64,000 bases of DNA, from positions 47,368,001 through 47,432,000 of the forward strand of contig NC_042998.1 in NCBI RefSeq assembly GCF_006345805.1, written 5' to 3'. A program made the translations under genes and the position numbers. This stretch comes from Octopus sinensis (lineage: Eukaryota). This document shows, piece by piece, positions 41,323 to 54,841 of the stretch (its first letter is position 1; the number at the start of each line of letters is the position of its first letter). Below the pieces are notes generated by a model that saw nothing but the letters and a program-made list of their open reading frames with translations, was not told the DNA's origin and did no database searches.

Positions 41323-41451
41323 TTTTAGATACCCCAAATTATAATTTTAAATAACTATTACCTTTGGAAGGTTCTTATTCCTAAGCTGACCACCTGATAA
41401 GATCGGTATTTAAATATCGATCTTATCCATATATATATATATAGATATATA

Positions 41452-41509
<58 letters not shown>

Positions 41510-41646
41510 TATATATATTATATATATATATATATATATATGGATAAGATCGATATTTAAATACCGATCTTATCAGGTGTCAGCTTAGGAATAAGAACCT
41601 TTCAAAGGTAATAGTTATTTAAAATTATAATTTGGGGTGTCTAAAA
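41323..41646. repeat. ~105 bp inverted duplication centred on (TA)n
   Basis: 41323-41428 is the reverse complement of 41541-41646 with about three differences. Confidence 0.9.
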
Positions 41647-41869
41647 CATACCTCAACGCTGGAAATAGCAGTCAAAACCTGACTCTAAAACTATATTAAA
41701 TGTTCATATAGCACCAGGTGGGAAGACAAAGAGACAAAATATCTTACAATGGCATCTGTAACAAAACACGTGTCACTAAAGAATATTACAGCCGAATCGG
41801 AATTTGGACCTCATAACTCTCTGCGTTCAATAAAACAGTGGCCCACGATGTGTTTGCAGTTTGCAGTGC

Positions 41870-42235
41870 CAGTACTAATACTAACATTTGAGCTGCTTGA
41901 TGCGCCATTGATGTGAAAACCCGGAAAATATTAACAAGCATACATAATTTCCACACAAACAGTGACGTAGAACGCCTCTACATAAAACGAAAATAAGGCG
42001 GCAGATGCTTAACATCGATCCAAAATGCTTTTGAGAATATCGTATCGTGTCCTTTCGGCAACGTCTTTTAAACCTCAAATGTCGAAGTGCATCCCTTAAA
42101 AAAGTTTGCACAAATGAGGCTATTAACATCATAAGACTTAGAAGGCAGCTCCTTGAGCAACATTCCTTGCCCAAAGAAGTCGCACGACTCTACCTCAAGG
42201 TATCATCAGATAAAAGGATGAACCTATATGCGCAG
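41870..42235 (+). mobile_element. R4-like LINE fragment
   Basis: FHTNSDVERLYIKRK.GGR motif typical of R4-clade post-RT region. Confidence 0.55.
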
Positions 42236-42247
42236 AATTTTTTGTTG

Positions 42248-42321
42248 GGTCAGTTTAGGTTAATGGTAAAGCACTGGACGCATAATCACAGGGATGTGAG
42301 TTCGTGTCTCATGGCTGGCCG
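42248..42321 (+). pseudogene. tRNA-Met(CAT)-like sequence within a repeat
   Basis: Acceptor GGTCAGT/GCTGGCC, D-loop taatggtaaagc, CAT anticodon loop, T-arm GTGAG-ttcg..-CTCAT; further copies at 42855-42926 (+) and 42616-42656 (-). Confidence 0.55.
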
Positions 42322-42462
42322 CCGACAGATTTTTCTGCAAAATATGGATGATTTTATCCTACTCGTGCAATATTATTAGCACGATCATGCGTTTGAGAAT
42401 AAAATTATTTCCTTATCTGTATCTTTCAATACATCGCAACGCTTCGAAAACGTAAGTAGAAC

Positions 42463-42497
<35 letters not shown>

Positions 42498-43159
42498 CAT
42501 CTCATGCATTCATTTACATATACATTAAATGACTGGGGATATTTCCAAAAAGACCATATAAGACAGTAAGTCAGACAAAAATAAATTTTAAATTGCATCT
42601 ATGCTAAACATATGAAAAAAATTCTGTCGGTGGCCAGCCATGAGACTCGAACTTACTTTATACTGTTCGTGCTTTATTATTAGCAATATCCTGCGTTTGA
42701 GAATAAAATTATTTTCTTATCAATATCTTTCAATACATCGCAGCGGTTCTAAAGTAGACTTTGTTGATTTTCAACCTATGCTGAATGTAACGTACGATAG
42801 CGTCTTATAAAGCTAGATTTATATATCCTAAATTTGCAGAATAATTTGTCGTTAGGTCAGTTTAGCTTAATGGTGAAGCATTGACGCGTAATCACAGAGA
42901 TGTGAATTCAAGACTCCTGGCTGACCGCCGACAGATTTTTCTGTAAAATATGGATGGTTTATCCTGGTCATGCTATATTTTTGGCATTATCCTGCGTTTG
43001 AGAATAAAATTATTTCCTTATCTTTACCTTATATATATTACATTTTATATATATATGTTATATATATATGCATATGTATGTATGCATGTACAAAGAAGCA
43101 TGCAAGTGTATACATACACACACACACACACACACACATATATGTATATATATGCATAC

Positions 43160-43205
<46 letters not shown>

Positions 43206-43303
43206 AATGTATATATATATATAAATGTATATATATATATATATATAAATGAAAAAACAAGTCAAAAATAGAAAATGCTAAGATGATTTTATAGTGAATC
43301 TTT

Positions 43304-43342
43304 CAGTACCGGTTTCGGTCATTTTGAGACCTTTTCAACTGT
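43304..43342 (-). ncRNA. Degenerate minimal hammerhead motif
   Basis: Reverse complement: cag tTGAAaA GGTC tcaaaat GACC GAAA CCGG TA ctg. Confidence 0.5.
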
Positions 43343-44031
43343 AACGATTAAATAATTAAATTTAGAAAAATTTAGAAAAATTAGAAGAAAGGTTTTTTAA
43401 AGGAATACTTATATATATATAAATGTATATATATATAAATATATATATATATGTGTGTGTGTGTGTATGTATAAGCGTGCCTATATGTATGATCACATGT
43501 GTGAATACGTACATATATATTTATAAATATATGTGTGTGAATAATATGTATGTATATGTAGTACATACATTCATATATTAAATTAAGAAACAACACCTCC
43601 TCTCCGCACTTTAAGATGATATGCATTGATAACATCTTTCTTTTCCTCTCTGTTTTGCTAAACTGCTTATCGAGATAAATAATACAGAAGCGTTGTTCTT
43701 TCTTCTCAAATGAATCTCTTGTAACGCTTTCTTGTGATTTTACTATGTTATTTTATTACATTCTACGGGACCTTACAAGAGCCGGGCTATTATTAAGAGT
43801 GTGTGGCTCAGTATATGGCCCCTGTCATCTAGGTGACAATCGACCGTCAGAATTATAGAGTTAATGCTTGACATTAGTGCCATTGATATAGAAGATAAGA
43901 GAATCAAGAGATGGGGAGATTAGTGGATGAGGTTAGAAGCAAGAGAAAAGGGAGTCGAAATAAATATACTGTATGTATACAAGGCATACTACATATGTGT
44001 GTGTGAGTATATACACACACATACACACACA

Positions 44032-44090
<59 letters not shown>

Positions 44091-44370
44091 ATATTATGTG
44101 TGTAAATGTATTTATATTTGTATATGTATCTATACATCTAGAAATACAGGAGAAAAGTGTTGTAAAGTGAAAATTAGGTCCGTTGGAAAGTACGTCGTAT
44201 GGAGGACAGAATCCAGAGAGGTATATGATACATTGAACACAGATACGTGTGTGCACACACGCGCATACAGGCATGCACAAACACACACACATAGAGATAC
44301 ATTTATGTATGTATGTGTGTTTGTGTGTTTATATAGAAGGATACTATATGCATGGTAGATATATACATAC

Positions 44371-44428
<58 letters not shown>

Positions 44429-44472
44429 CAGAGCGAGAGAGACAGGCAGAGACATATATACATACATGAATA

Positions 44473-44563
<91 letters not shown>

Positions 44564-44654
44564 TATATATATATATAATATATAATATTATATATATAAT
44601 ATTATATATATATATAATATATATATATATTATTATATATATATATATATATAT

Positions 44655-45295
44655 GGAGCTATTTTTAGCACTAGAGTTATCCACATAGTGGATAACTCTC
44701 TAATAATTTATGTATAAATTTGTATTTTCTCCGTAGTTTTTTGTGCTAAGCCACTTGGTGTTAAATTGATGGTATTATTAAATTAATATCGATTTTTCAC
44801 CCTCATTTATAATTTTATAAATTTAACCATGCGGCAGTTAATATTTTATTTGCTGCGGCATACGTTTCCAATGGAGTCTGGGCATGCTTTTGGCGCGGAA
44901 TTTGAGACATAACTAAAAATGTAATTGGTTGGACCACTCGTGTTTTTGATCTAATTAATTGCATTTCTGACAAACTCTACCGAAGATTTATGGATGCAAG
45001 TGTAAGTAAAACTACATATTGCATTAGTAATGAAACAATTGTATAGAGTCAATCTATTTTATTCGTTGTATTTCACTTTCCTTCAGTTAAATGTGTGTTG
45101 ATTCTAGTTGGAAACGGATCTTCTGTGGTTGCTTCGGAGCTATTTTTAGCACTAGAGTTATCCACATAGTGGATAACTCTCTAATAATTTATGTATAAAT
45201 TTGTATTTTCTCCGTAGTTTTCTGTGCTAAGCCACTTGGTGTTAAATTGATGGTATTATTAAATTAATATCAATTTTTCACCCTCATTTATAATT
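44655..45295. mobile_element. (TA)n-flanked partial-tandem element with ~160 bp terminal direct repeats
   Basis: 44655-44813 matches 45136-45294; each copy has the perfect hairpin agagttatccac-ata-gtggataactct. Confidence 0.75.
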
Positions 45296-45395
45296 ATATA
45301 CATATATATATATATATATATACATGTCTATGGCCGCAGCTCCGAGATGAAACTAGAAAAAAAAATATATATATATATGTATATATGTGTGTGTA

Positions 45396-45448
<53 letters not shown>

Positions 45449-45469
45449 TGGTTGTCTTCTCCTTATACT

Positions 45470-46615
45470 GTGTCTAACTACCTTCTGTACCAATACCTTA
45501 GATCCATCATGTCGTGTCTGGCATGACTTTTTAAACCAGACAATATTTTGAAAAGACACCCACATAGATTGCACATCCGATTTGGACCACCAAGTGCAGC
45601 AGTTATGTTCTGATCTTTTGGGATCTTAAAATGTCTTTTGAGGCTTCCGCTAGATTTGCATACCTTATCGTATCCATGACATTGAAAGGCATGTGCAGAC
45701 ATATAGGCAGAATAGTTCGTGGCGGTTCATTTTTCATGGGTCCGCAAATGAGATTTGAGCCCAGCAAAAGAAAGGTATGGTCTCTCACAAACTGTGCATA
45801 CAAAAAGTTCATTGTGTTTCACCTTCTCGATCGTAACATTCTTCTTTAAATCTCTCTTGCGTTTTTCATGCGTTATCCTGGCCTCTTCAAACGCTTTCAC
45901 TTCACATCACACTTTCTTTTTTGCTATCCATCTCGATCAGAAGCAATGGTTTCTATGCCATCTGGATTCAATCCAAGTGACTTCATGGTAGTCCTTAAAC
46001 CTCTTTTTAGGTTTACACCGATAGCGTTTCCTCTCTCCAAGCTCACCATAAATCAGCACTTTGGGTGTGCGTTCATACACCATTGGAAAATTATCGCCAC
46101 ACCATCACATTTGGTTTTTCAGAATCATTGCTTTAATTGAAAGGGTGCCTGCAGACACAAGAGCAGCCTTGTTCGGAGTTAAAGAACTTCATTTAATGTC
46201 TAAAAAGCGATGAAGGCATTTTTGGAGGAATTGTTCTAACAATTTGAAATGGCTTTCATAACATGCCCATGTTTCAGAAGAATACAGTAGAGATGGTAAG
46301 ACAAATGATTTTTAAAGAGCCAACTTTGTGTTGTTATTTATATGTCGTTGGCGTCAAATGCGTGACTCCAAACCCTTTGAATTCGCAAATTTATTTCTGT
46401 GTCCAGACATACATCATTCTGTACAGAGCTTCCAAGGTAGATGAAAGAATCAGCAACCTCAAGTAAGTTGCCCTTAACAAAGATTTTAGTGGGGGCTACA
46501 AACAGCAGCATATGCAACTGGATATAATACAACTGTTTTTTTTTTTCAGGTTGATGGTCAAGCCAAAATCATCACAAGCTGAGTCAAATGCAGATACAAG
46601 AAATTGCAGACCTGT
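45470..46615 (-). mobile_element. RTE-clade LINE remnant with C-terminal C2H2 zinc fingers
   Basis: LEVADSFIYLGSSV, LDTEINLRI, then C..C...SGLKSH and CKSSGSLKRH motifs; frameshifted. Confidence 0.85.
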
Positions 46616-46790
46616 TTCAGAATAACTGACTAGATCGTAATCTTATGAATTCCCAAATGAGCGAAGTAGAAACCTTCGTTTTGAATTTCAAAGGGTGGAG
46701 GAACTCAGGAGCAGTCAACGGCATCCAGCAAATGTGTAAATATGTAAGTATCATGGTTTTTATATACATTCTTATATGTATATTTTTACT

Positions 46791-46823
<33 letters not shown>

Positions 46824-46860
46824 CAAATGAAAGCTGCCAGGTGTAAATCATTCACTTTAT

Positions 46861-46893
<33 letters not shown>

Positions 46894-47008
46894 TATATAT
46901 GGAGAGGGAGAGAGAGAGAGAGGGAGTGAGACAGATGTATATGTATGTATATGTACATATATACATACATAAGAATATGTATATATACATATAGCTATAT
47001 ATACATGG

Positions 47009-47094
<86 letters not shown>

Positions 47095-47299
47095 GCGTGT
47101 ATGTATTGGGTTAAAAACCCATTAGACCGAAAATGTCCAAGGCTGCCGTATGATATGAGAATTTAGAAATTACACTGAGAAATCTAGGGTAGTTTCTCTC
47201 TGCTATTATTCCTTGCCGACAACAATGAGCTAAAAGTAGGCTCATTCACTCGAACTAGGGTTGCTAACCTCGTCTACGTTTAATTAACTTACAAGGGGA

Positions 47300-48050
47300 C
47301 AGTATCTCTTACTCTAACCTTGACCTCTTCTGTAATTGGAATTTGAAAAATTTGAGGGCTTGATCGAAGAGGAAAAGTGTCCACATCCCTTTCAGTTGCG
47401 TCCCTTACATGGACTCTTTCGCCATTGCCACTAGACAGAGTAATCTGCGGGCACTAGCCATGTGTCTCTAAAAACGGTTTCATCACTCGGCATGCATTTC
47501 CAACAAAGCTGGCTGGCGGTAATTCTGTGCTTGCAGAGATTATCCCGAACCAACATTTCACTTAGGTGGTATTACTAGGCCAAAGATTCTTATAATTTAC
47601 CCAAAGTGCACCGATAGCTTTCCTGTTGACAACCAAAATTTCCTCCAGAATGTTGCTTCTCTTTCTCACCACAAGCTCGTTATAAAACACAAGTATCTTG
47701 TCCAATTGCCAAAAGGTTGTGAGTATCTGACAGTATTACATCAGCATTACGTCTGACAGTATTACATTAGTCTCGATGTGCTCTAACACTGGACTGTAGC
47801 TCCATCAGGTAGGCGAGCTGTTGACAAAACAGAATGAAAGAACACATTCAGAATGCGCTACAGATGTCATAGTCTCATCATTAGCCACGGCATACCGACC
47901 CCTCTGAGCAGAAAGCGTTAATAGTAGAGGCATCTTCTAACCAGCGAAACATCTCCTTTACACAACAAGCGTAAAAGCATACGTTCTAATCAGAGCCGAA
48001 CTGGGACAGGGTGTGACTGCCGAAGAGTAATATATAACGACGGCGACATA
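47300..48050 (-). mobile_element. Possible ancient L1/Tx1-like remnant
   Basis: DNLCKHRITASQLCWKCMPSDETV resembles the zf-RVT knuckle. Confidence 0.35.
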
Positions 48051-49654
48051 CACGTTCACTACGTCTATCTTGAACCTTCAGGAATAGCTTTTTTCTCAGA
48101 ACGTTATAAATATTCAAATTAGGTGGCTTCGGGCTTTGGCTATTTTGCATGATTATTCAGAAATATGCCTAAACAGGAAATGAGTTGTAAACAATGACAC
48201 TGTAATATTTATTTATAAACATGTTTTATGTTCTGATTTTATTTAAAGAAAACTGGCATAGATAAAAACTGCAATAAATGCGCTTAGATTTGTAAACAAG
48301 TTTTACGAACAAAACTAAATATAGTAAATTTCTCTCTCGAAGTTTAGTAATAGATTCACAGAAGGAAATATTTATCTTCTCTCGTTATCTCTGTCGTAAT
48401 CTTTTTCTCTTATTTTCTTCCTCCACACCTCACTTTACCTCTATCACTGTTTCTCTCTCTCGCCCTCGCTCTCTCTCTCTCACACACACTCTCACTCTCT
48501 CTCTCTCTCCCTCATACAAATTCTCACACAGACACAAATATACACCAATATACAATATATACATTTTTATTTGTTTAGTTTTAGATAAAGTATAGTTTGT
48601 CTTACTAAAGAAGTCAGTTGCTTATTAACCGACAGTCACACTGCTACAGGCGCATAAACTCGAGCATCCGAAATAGAGATTAGCGGACGTTGGACCATAT
48701 TGGTTTATTTTAACTAAGACGTAATTGAATGGCAATGGTGAGACGTAATTAAATGGCAAGGTCAAAAGTAACCCTGTATTTTATTGATAATTGTCAATAG
48801 ATCGCAGTATTGATTGGACAATAGGATTACAGAACAATTGCCAAATGATCTTCAAGTCGGAGATAATATGCAACCCGTACAACTTTTCCACTTATTTCTA
48901 TCACAAAGACTGGTAGTCAGGGATATGGTGATTAGGCAGTTCTGTTCGAGAAAACGATAAGACGTTCATCCATAAAGCCATCGAACATCTACTGCTGATT
49001 TTGTTTGGCTTCAGCTGAGCCTTGTTAGAAAAGACCTATGCTGTAACCATCTCGCTTTCTTTATATATATATATATTTTTGGTATTTATGTGTCTATAAC
49101 TACATTATTCAATGTGTCCTTCCTCTTTTTAAGGCAATAGGGTGTGATAAGAAGGATATTTGCATGATATGCCTTGCTGATTGAGCGATCACTTAGGCTT
49201 CCTCGTAGGTTCCTCAAACAACTATCGTAACATGCTACAAAACAGTTTCCTTTGGATGATGAATACTTTGTAGTCATACAGAGAGGATGGACAGACAGCA
49301 TTCATGTCCTTTGCGGTTGTAGATGTTTCTGGAATTACTTGCTTGAATACATGTACTACTGTAGTTATGTTAGGGATTGTGGTGCAGAAGTCTGTGCGCT
49401 GTGATTCTGTCTCTAGGGGGAAGGAGCATTTGGCGGAGTCTTAAACGTTAATGTTAAAATATATTTAATACCTAGAACATTAGTCTCCGGTTAAAATTAT
49501 TGTATTAATTTCAACAATTGAGAAGGTAACCCCCTCGAAAGTTTCGGTCTTGTTATGATCTCATCATCGAAATTTATATTTCATTTTACTTTATACAAAT
49601 ATGCGATTATATTTTATATTGTTTATATATATATAATATATATATATAATATAT

Positions 49655-49699
<45 letters not shown>

Positions 49700-49904
49700 T
49701 ATATTGATAAAACTGGCAAGACAACAAAAGAATGAGAGAGACCTCGATATTATGTAAACAGAGGAATTTATCTGTAAATATAATTTGTGACAATTATATA
49801 ACTGAAGAGATAACTGAAGCGATGGCGGCGTGAATTTTCAACTCGGCATCCGAAACTCGGAGTTTTATGATGGCTACCGAATAATTGTCACATATTACAT
49901 TTAC

Positions 49905-49929
<25 letters not shown>

Positions 49930-49938
<9 letters not shown>

Positions 49939-50601
49939 AACTTATAAACAAGGGCAAAAAAAATTCTAATGCCAAATATGCCGAAACTAGACACATTGTC
50001 CATAACCATATAATTCATCAATATAAGCACGCGTGTCGAAGAAAGCCGAGAGAAATTTCTTAAAAATCCGTTATTACCATATCGGACCCGATTTCAGAGT
50101 TAATTCATAAGAACCTTCTCTTCGTCAGTGATAAATGCGGCAAAGAAATAAATGAAAAACTTACTTATACCCATGGAACCAGCAAACACTAAGTCATGGG
50201 CACAATTAAGTACCCCAAATAAATCCAAAATAGAAATTCTCCAGCCCATTCGAGACACATGTGATTCGAACTGAAAACTCTCATAGAGTGAGAGAGTCCG
50301 GAAGTGAACACTATTAAATTTACATCTAATATAGGATAAAATTTTTCGAAAAAAATTTTATCAATATTAAAAATACCTTTACAGGTTAAATTTATAAACA
50401 ACTTAAAAACAAGGGCAAAAGAAAAAATTCTAATGCCAAATATGCCGAAACTAGACACATTGTCCGTAACCATATAATTCATTACTATAAGGACATAAGG
50501 ACGCGTGTCGAAGAAAGGCGACAGAAATTTCTAAAAAATTCCGTTATTACCATATCGGACCCGAAAAACAGAGTTAATTCATAAGAACCTTCTCTTCGTC
50601 A
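49930..50601 (-). mobile_element. Partial-tandem element with hammerhead motif (pLTR-like)
   Basis: About 49930-50127 is repeated at about 50392-50601; starts at a (TA)n tract. Confidence 0.75.
50080..50133 (-). ncRNA. Type I hammerhead motif
   Basis: Reverse complement: tatca CTGACGA AGAG aa ggttc ttat gaatt aa CTCT GAAA tcgg GTC cgata. Confidence 0.6.
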
Positions 50602-51659
50602 AGGTTATAATGAGAGTGTTGACGGCATTGGCGCAATATGTTGGTAGTGTAGCAGCAGTGCTAGAGGTGACCGTGGTGTTATCGTTGGTGATGTTGGCTC
50701 TACTCATATTCCTGATGATGGCGATAGTGGTTCTAATAATAGTGCTGGTGGTGATGGTGGTGCTACTGTCGGTAGTGATTACGGTGGTTGTGAACGGTGG
50801 TGGTGGTGGTGGTGGTGGTGATGGTCGTGGTCGTGATGGTGGTGGTGGTGGTGGTGGAACTGATAGTAGTAGTGGAGGTTGCGTCTGTAACAGTACTGGT
50901 ACTGGCGACGGTATAGCTAGTGAGAGTGGATAATGGTAGTGATGATCAGAGTAGTGTTGATAACTATGACAGAAGGTTGTTGCAATTGTCGCCCTTACCA
51001 TCATTGTCGTGTTCGTGTTAATGTTGATGGTGGTGGTGTTGGTGATTGTCAGCTTGTTTTTGTTTTTTTTTCAGTCCGATGTAAATAGAGATTTATGTAG
51101 AAATCATTGTTGTTTTGTTTGTATATTAATTATAGTTTTATACCTTTCTCTGGCTGCTTAATTGTTTAGGTATGAAAACTGATCTGTGTCAAGAGAGAAG
51201 ACAGCAATTATTGTAGGCTAGATAATCAAATTCCCCTTATTTTGTTTGATATTTTGATATATATGTATATGTGTGTGTGTGTGTGTGTGTGTACGTATGT
51301 GTATGTGTGTGTATTTGTATATATTTATGTATATATATTTAAATATATATATATATATATATGCATTATATATGTATGTACACATATATATTAATATATA
51401 TATATATGTACATATATATGTGTGTATATATATGTGTACATAAATATATATGAATATACATGTATATATACATATATGTATATATATATATATGTGTGTA
51501 TATTTACATATATATATGTATATATACATATATATTTATGTATATATATGTGTGTATATATATGTATATATATATATGAATATATATGTATACATACATA
51601 TAAATATATGTATATATATACATGTATATACATACACACACACATAAATGCATACATAC

Positions 51660-51726
<67 letters not shown>

Positions 51727-52351
51727 TATATAGTTTTTTGTGACTTTGATTTTGACATTGCTTATTTTTCCTCTCTTTTTTTTTCTGGGTTAAACTTCAA
51801 TTTCATTCAGAGTAATAAAACGGATTTCGTTAGTTGCCGTATTAAATGATACGCCATAGTCTTGTTTCTTCGTTTTGTCGACCGTAGAGACGAGGGTAGA
51901 CTAATCTATTATTATTTTACTGAGAGAAGAAAAGATACGGAAATATCTAAACTGAGAAAAGTAGGGAGAGAGAGAGGCAGGCTGAGAGGAGTGCAGGGGT
52001 GGAAATAAAGCAAGGGGGTGATAGTGAAATAGAATAAGTTGAAAAAACTACTATTTGTTTATGTCTGGATTTTGCTTTCGGTATTCCAATAATCTATGTC
52101 GTGTGTATATGCATGGATGTATGTATATATACATATGCATGCGTATATATATATTTATATATACATGTAAATATTTGTATGTATATTTATATGTCTGTTA
52201 TATGTGTATATCTATCTATCTATTTCTCTCTTCCTTCTCTCTCTCTCTCTCTCACTCTCTCCCTATATATATATAGGGTGCCCCGGCATGGCCGCGGCCT
52301 TCGGGCTAAAGCATTTTTAAGGATTTAAGGATATATATATATATACTCGCA

Positions 52352-52680
52352 TACAGGGTGCGATGGGTAAATTGTTGCTATTTTATATTTTTAATTTCGC
52401 GCGTGCACGTTGCTTGATTTTGATTTTGTCGGCTCCACAGTGTAGTAGGGTCAGTTGGACACCGTATGTGAGAAAACCAGCACCGTAATGCAATTCACTC
52501 TGCCAAAGAGACCGTCCAGAATAGTGGCAGAATCCTAAATCGTCTGGAGGACGTGGTTAAAGCCAATGGCAATTCCATTGAATATATTTACTCGTTCGTA
52601 TTTCAAGATATTTTAATGTAATTTTAGTAAATATATCTGTTAAAATGATATGTCAATGTTATTTTCATTTTTGCGTAATT
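52352..52680 (+). mobile_element. Tc1/mariner-derived non-autonomous remnant
   Basis: TA-cagggtg start; RLEDVVKANGNSIE resembles the Tc1/mariner transposase C-terminus. Confidence 0.55.
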
Positions 52681-52708
52681 CATATTGTAATTTATGTTGT
52701 AAACATAA

Positions 52709-54841
52709 CACTGGCTTACAGAGAAATTGAAGCAAACAAAAAAAAAAATAGCTGTTCTAGCCTAATTTTGGGGTGCTGATTTCAGATACAAAACCAGTTT
52801 TCATTCATCACCTCTAGTATTTGAGATATATATTATTATGATTTTGCGACAATTTGCGGAAGCATATATATGATCAGTTTCTGTTTTCTTTTCCAGATTT
52901 TTGTGATATATGTGATACATATATCTACAATGGCTTCAGGCACTTCAAAACACTGAGAATGTATCAGCAAGGCATATTCATTCTGCTGCGTGTGTAGGGA
53001 TTTCACGACAGTTGTAGAGCGCCGAACAATTACTTCCCTCCAGAAAATTGTTCACTTTCATTATTTTGACTGTAAAATTGGAAATCAGGACAAATCCTGG
53101 GCCCCACACATCTGTTGAAAACCCTGCTACAATGAACTAACTGCAAGGCTTAACGGCAAGAAAGCAGCCTTCAACTTTCCTGTACCAATGATCTTGATGG
53201 AGCCACGAAGCCATGCAGATGGTTGTTATTTTTGTCTAACAATTATAACAGCTTTCAATGCTTCTTCCGGAAAAAGATCAAACATCCCTACATTCCATCA
53301 GCTATGAGATCTGTTCCCCACTCAGTTGATCTCCCTGTCCCTACACGCTCTAGCAAATAAGGATCTTCTTTCCTCATCAGATGAAGAAATGCTTTCAAGG
53401 GAAGATTCTGCCAAGTCGACCTCTTCTGAAGACAATGTCTCTGTTTATTCAGGAGCAAGTGGTAATGAGCCCCACTGGATCATAGAGGGAGACCTGAATG
53501 ACCATTCCCGTGATTTGTATCTATCTAAGCAGCACTCAGAGCTCCTGGCATCCTGGCTTAGGCAGTGGAACCTAATCAAAGCAGATGTAAGGACCACCAA
53601 TTTCAGGACACGGAACCAGGACTTCGCTTCCTTCTTCGACATCGAAAACAGATTGTTCTACTGCACAAATGTCTCTGGCTTGTTCACCTTTCTTGATGTC
53701 CCACACAATCCCTCAGACTGGCGTCTTTTCGTAGACACAACCAAGCGAAGACTGAAGTTTGTGCTCCTGTACAATGGGAATAAATATCCCAGCATTCCCA
53801 TTGCCTACTCAGTCCATATGAAGGAGTGGTATGATGCTGTGGAGCTCCTTTTGGAAGCTGTCAAGTACAACCTGTACCAATGGAATCTGCGGGGACCTCA
53901 AGGTCATTAGGCTCCTTATGTGTATGCAAGTGGTCTTCACAATGTACTGTTGCTTTCGCTGTCTCTGGGATAGCCGATTTGTGTCCAAGCACTATAAGCA
54001 GAAGGACTGAGGATCTAGGGGCACTTTTGTGCCTGGTGAACACTGTCCAAGAAAATCCTCTGGTGGACATAAACAAAGTGCTTCTTCCACCTCTTCATAT
54101 CAAGCTTGTGCACTCTGTTTCCAGCTCTGAGTTATGCTAAGCTCAAGGAGGGCATCTTCATCGGACCTCAGATTGGAGAGGTGCTGAAGGATAAGGACTT
54201 TAAGGAGCTTCTTGCCTTAAAGGAACTGAGATGGGAAGCATTTAAGTCAGTCTGCTATGGTTTCCTTGGTTACACACGGATACTAGATTACCAAGTGTGA
54301 CTTGAGAAGTTGTTACAGTCTTATGAGGATATGGAATGCCAACTGTCACTCAAATTCATTTTCTCCACTCTCATCTCAACTTCCTCCGAAGCTCGGAGCA
54401 GTGAGTGATGAACATTACTATGATGGAAGCAAATACCAAGGCAAGTGGAACCCCAGCATGATGGGGGACTTTTCTGGATGCTCTTGCGTGACATACCGGA
54501 GGTAAAGTACACAAGATCGTAAAAAAACTCACCTCTGTCTGCTGTACTATGATTTGTGTGTATTGTATTATCCAGGTAATTTAATTCCATCAACGTTATG
54601 TATCTATGTTATTGTTTTTTTCTGTAATATGCTTTTGTAACTGATGGAATAAACACATCATATTTTGAATTTATATGCAGTATAATTAAAATGGGATATG
54701 TGAAAGTAAAAAAAAAACTAGAGGTGATATGGCAAAACTGTTCAGAAAATTGAATTCATCACATTAAAATTATTTTAAAAAACCCACCTAGTCACATCCT
54801 TGCCTTAGTGCAAAAAAAAAAAATGGTTTTGTAAACCAGGG
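52709..54841 (+). mobile_element. Chapaev3-like (CMC) DNA transposon with decayed transposase
   Basis: Termini taa|cactggcttaca ... tgtaaaccaggg; subterminal IR catcacctctagt/actagaggtgat; motifs FCCVC, QDKSWAPHIC, CYFC, DWRLFVD, CGDLKV, LLPPLHIKL, KLKEGIFIGPQI, LGAVSDEH. Confidence 0.75.

Noticed and set aside
44677-44694. DnaA-box-like TTATCCACA
   Set aside because: Part of a hairpin in a eukaryotic repeat; coincidental
49535-49570. Minus-strand aTGATGA gatc...gacc GAAAC
   Set aside because: Core and stem mismatches and no cleavage triplet; too decayed to call
50579-51004. Pro-rich and Gly/Val-rich ORFs
   Set aside because: Degenerate (GGT)n low-complexity sequence
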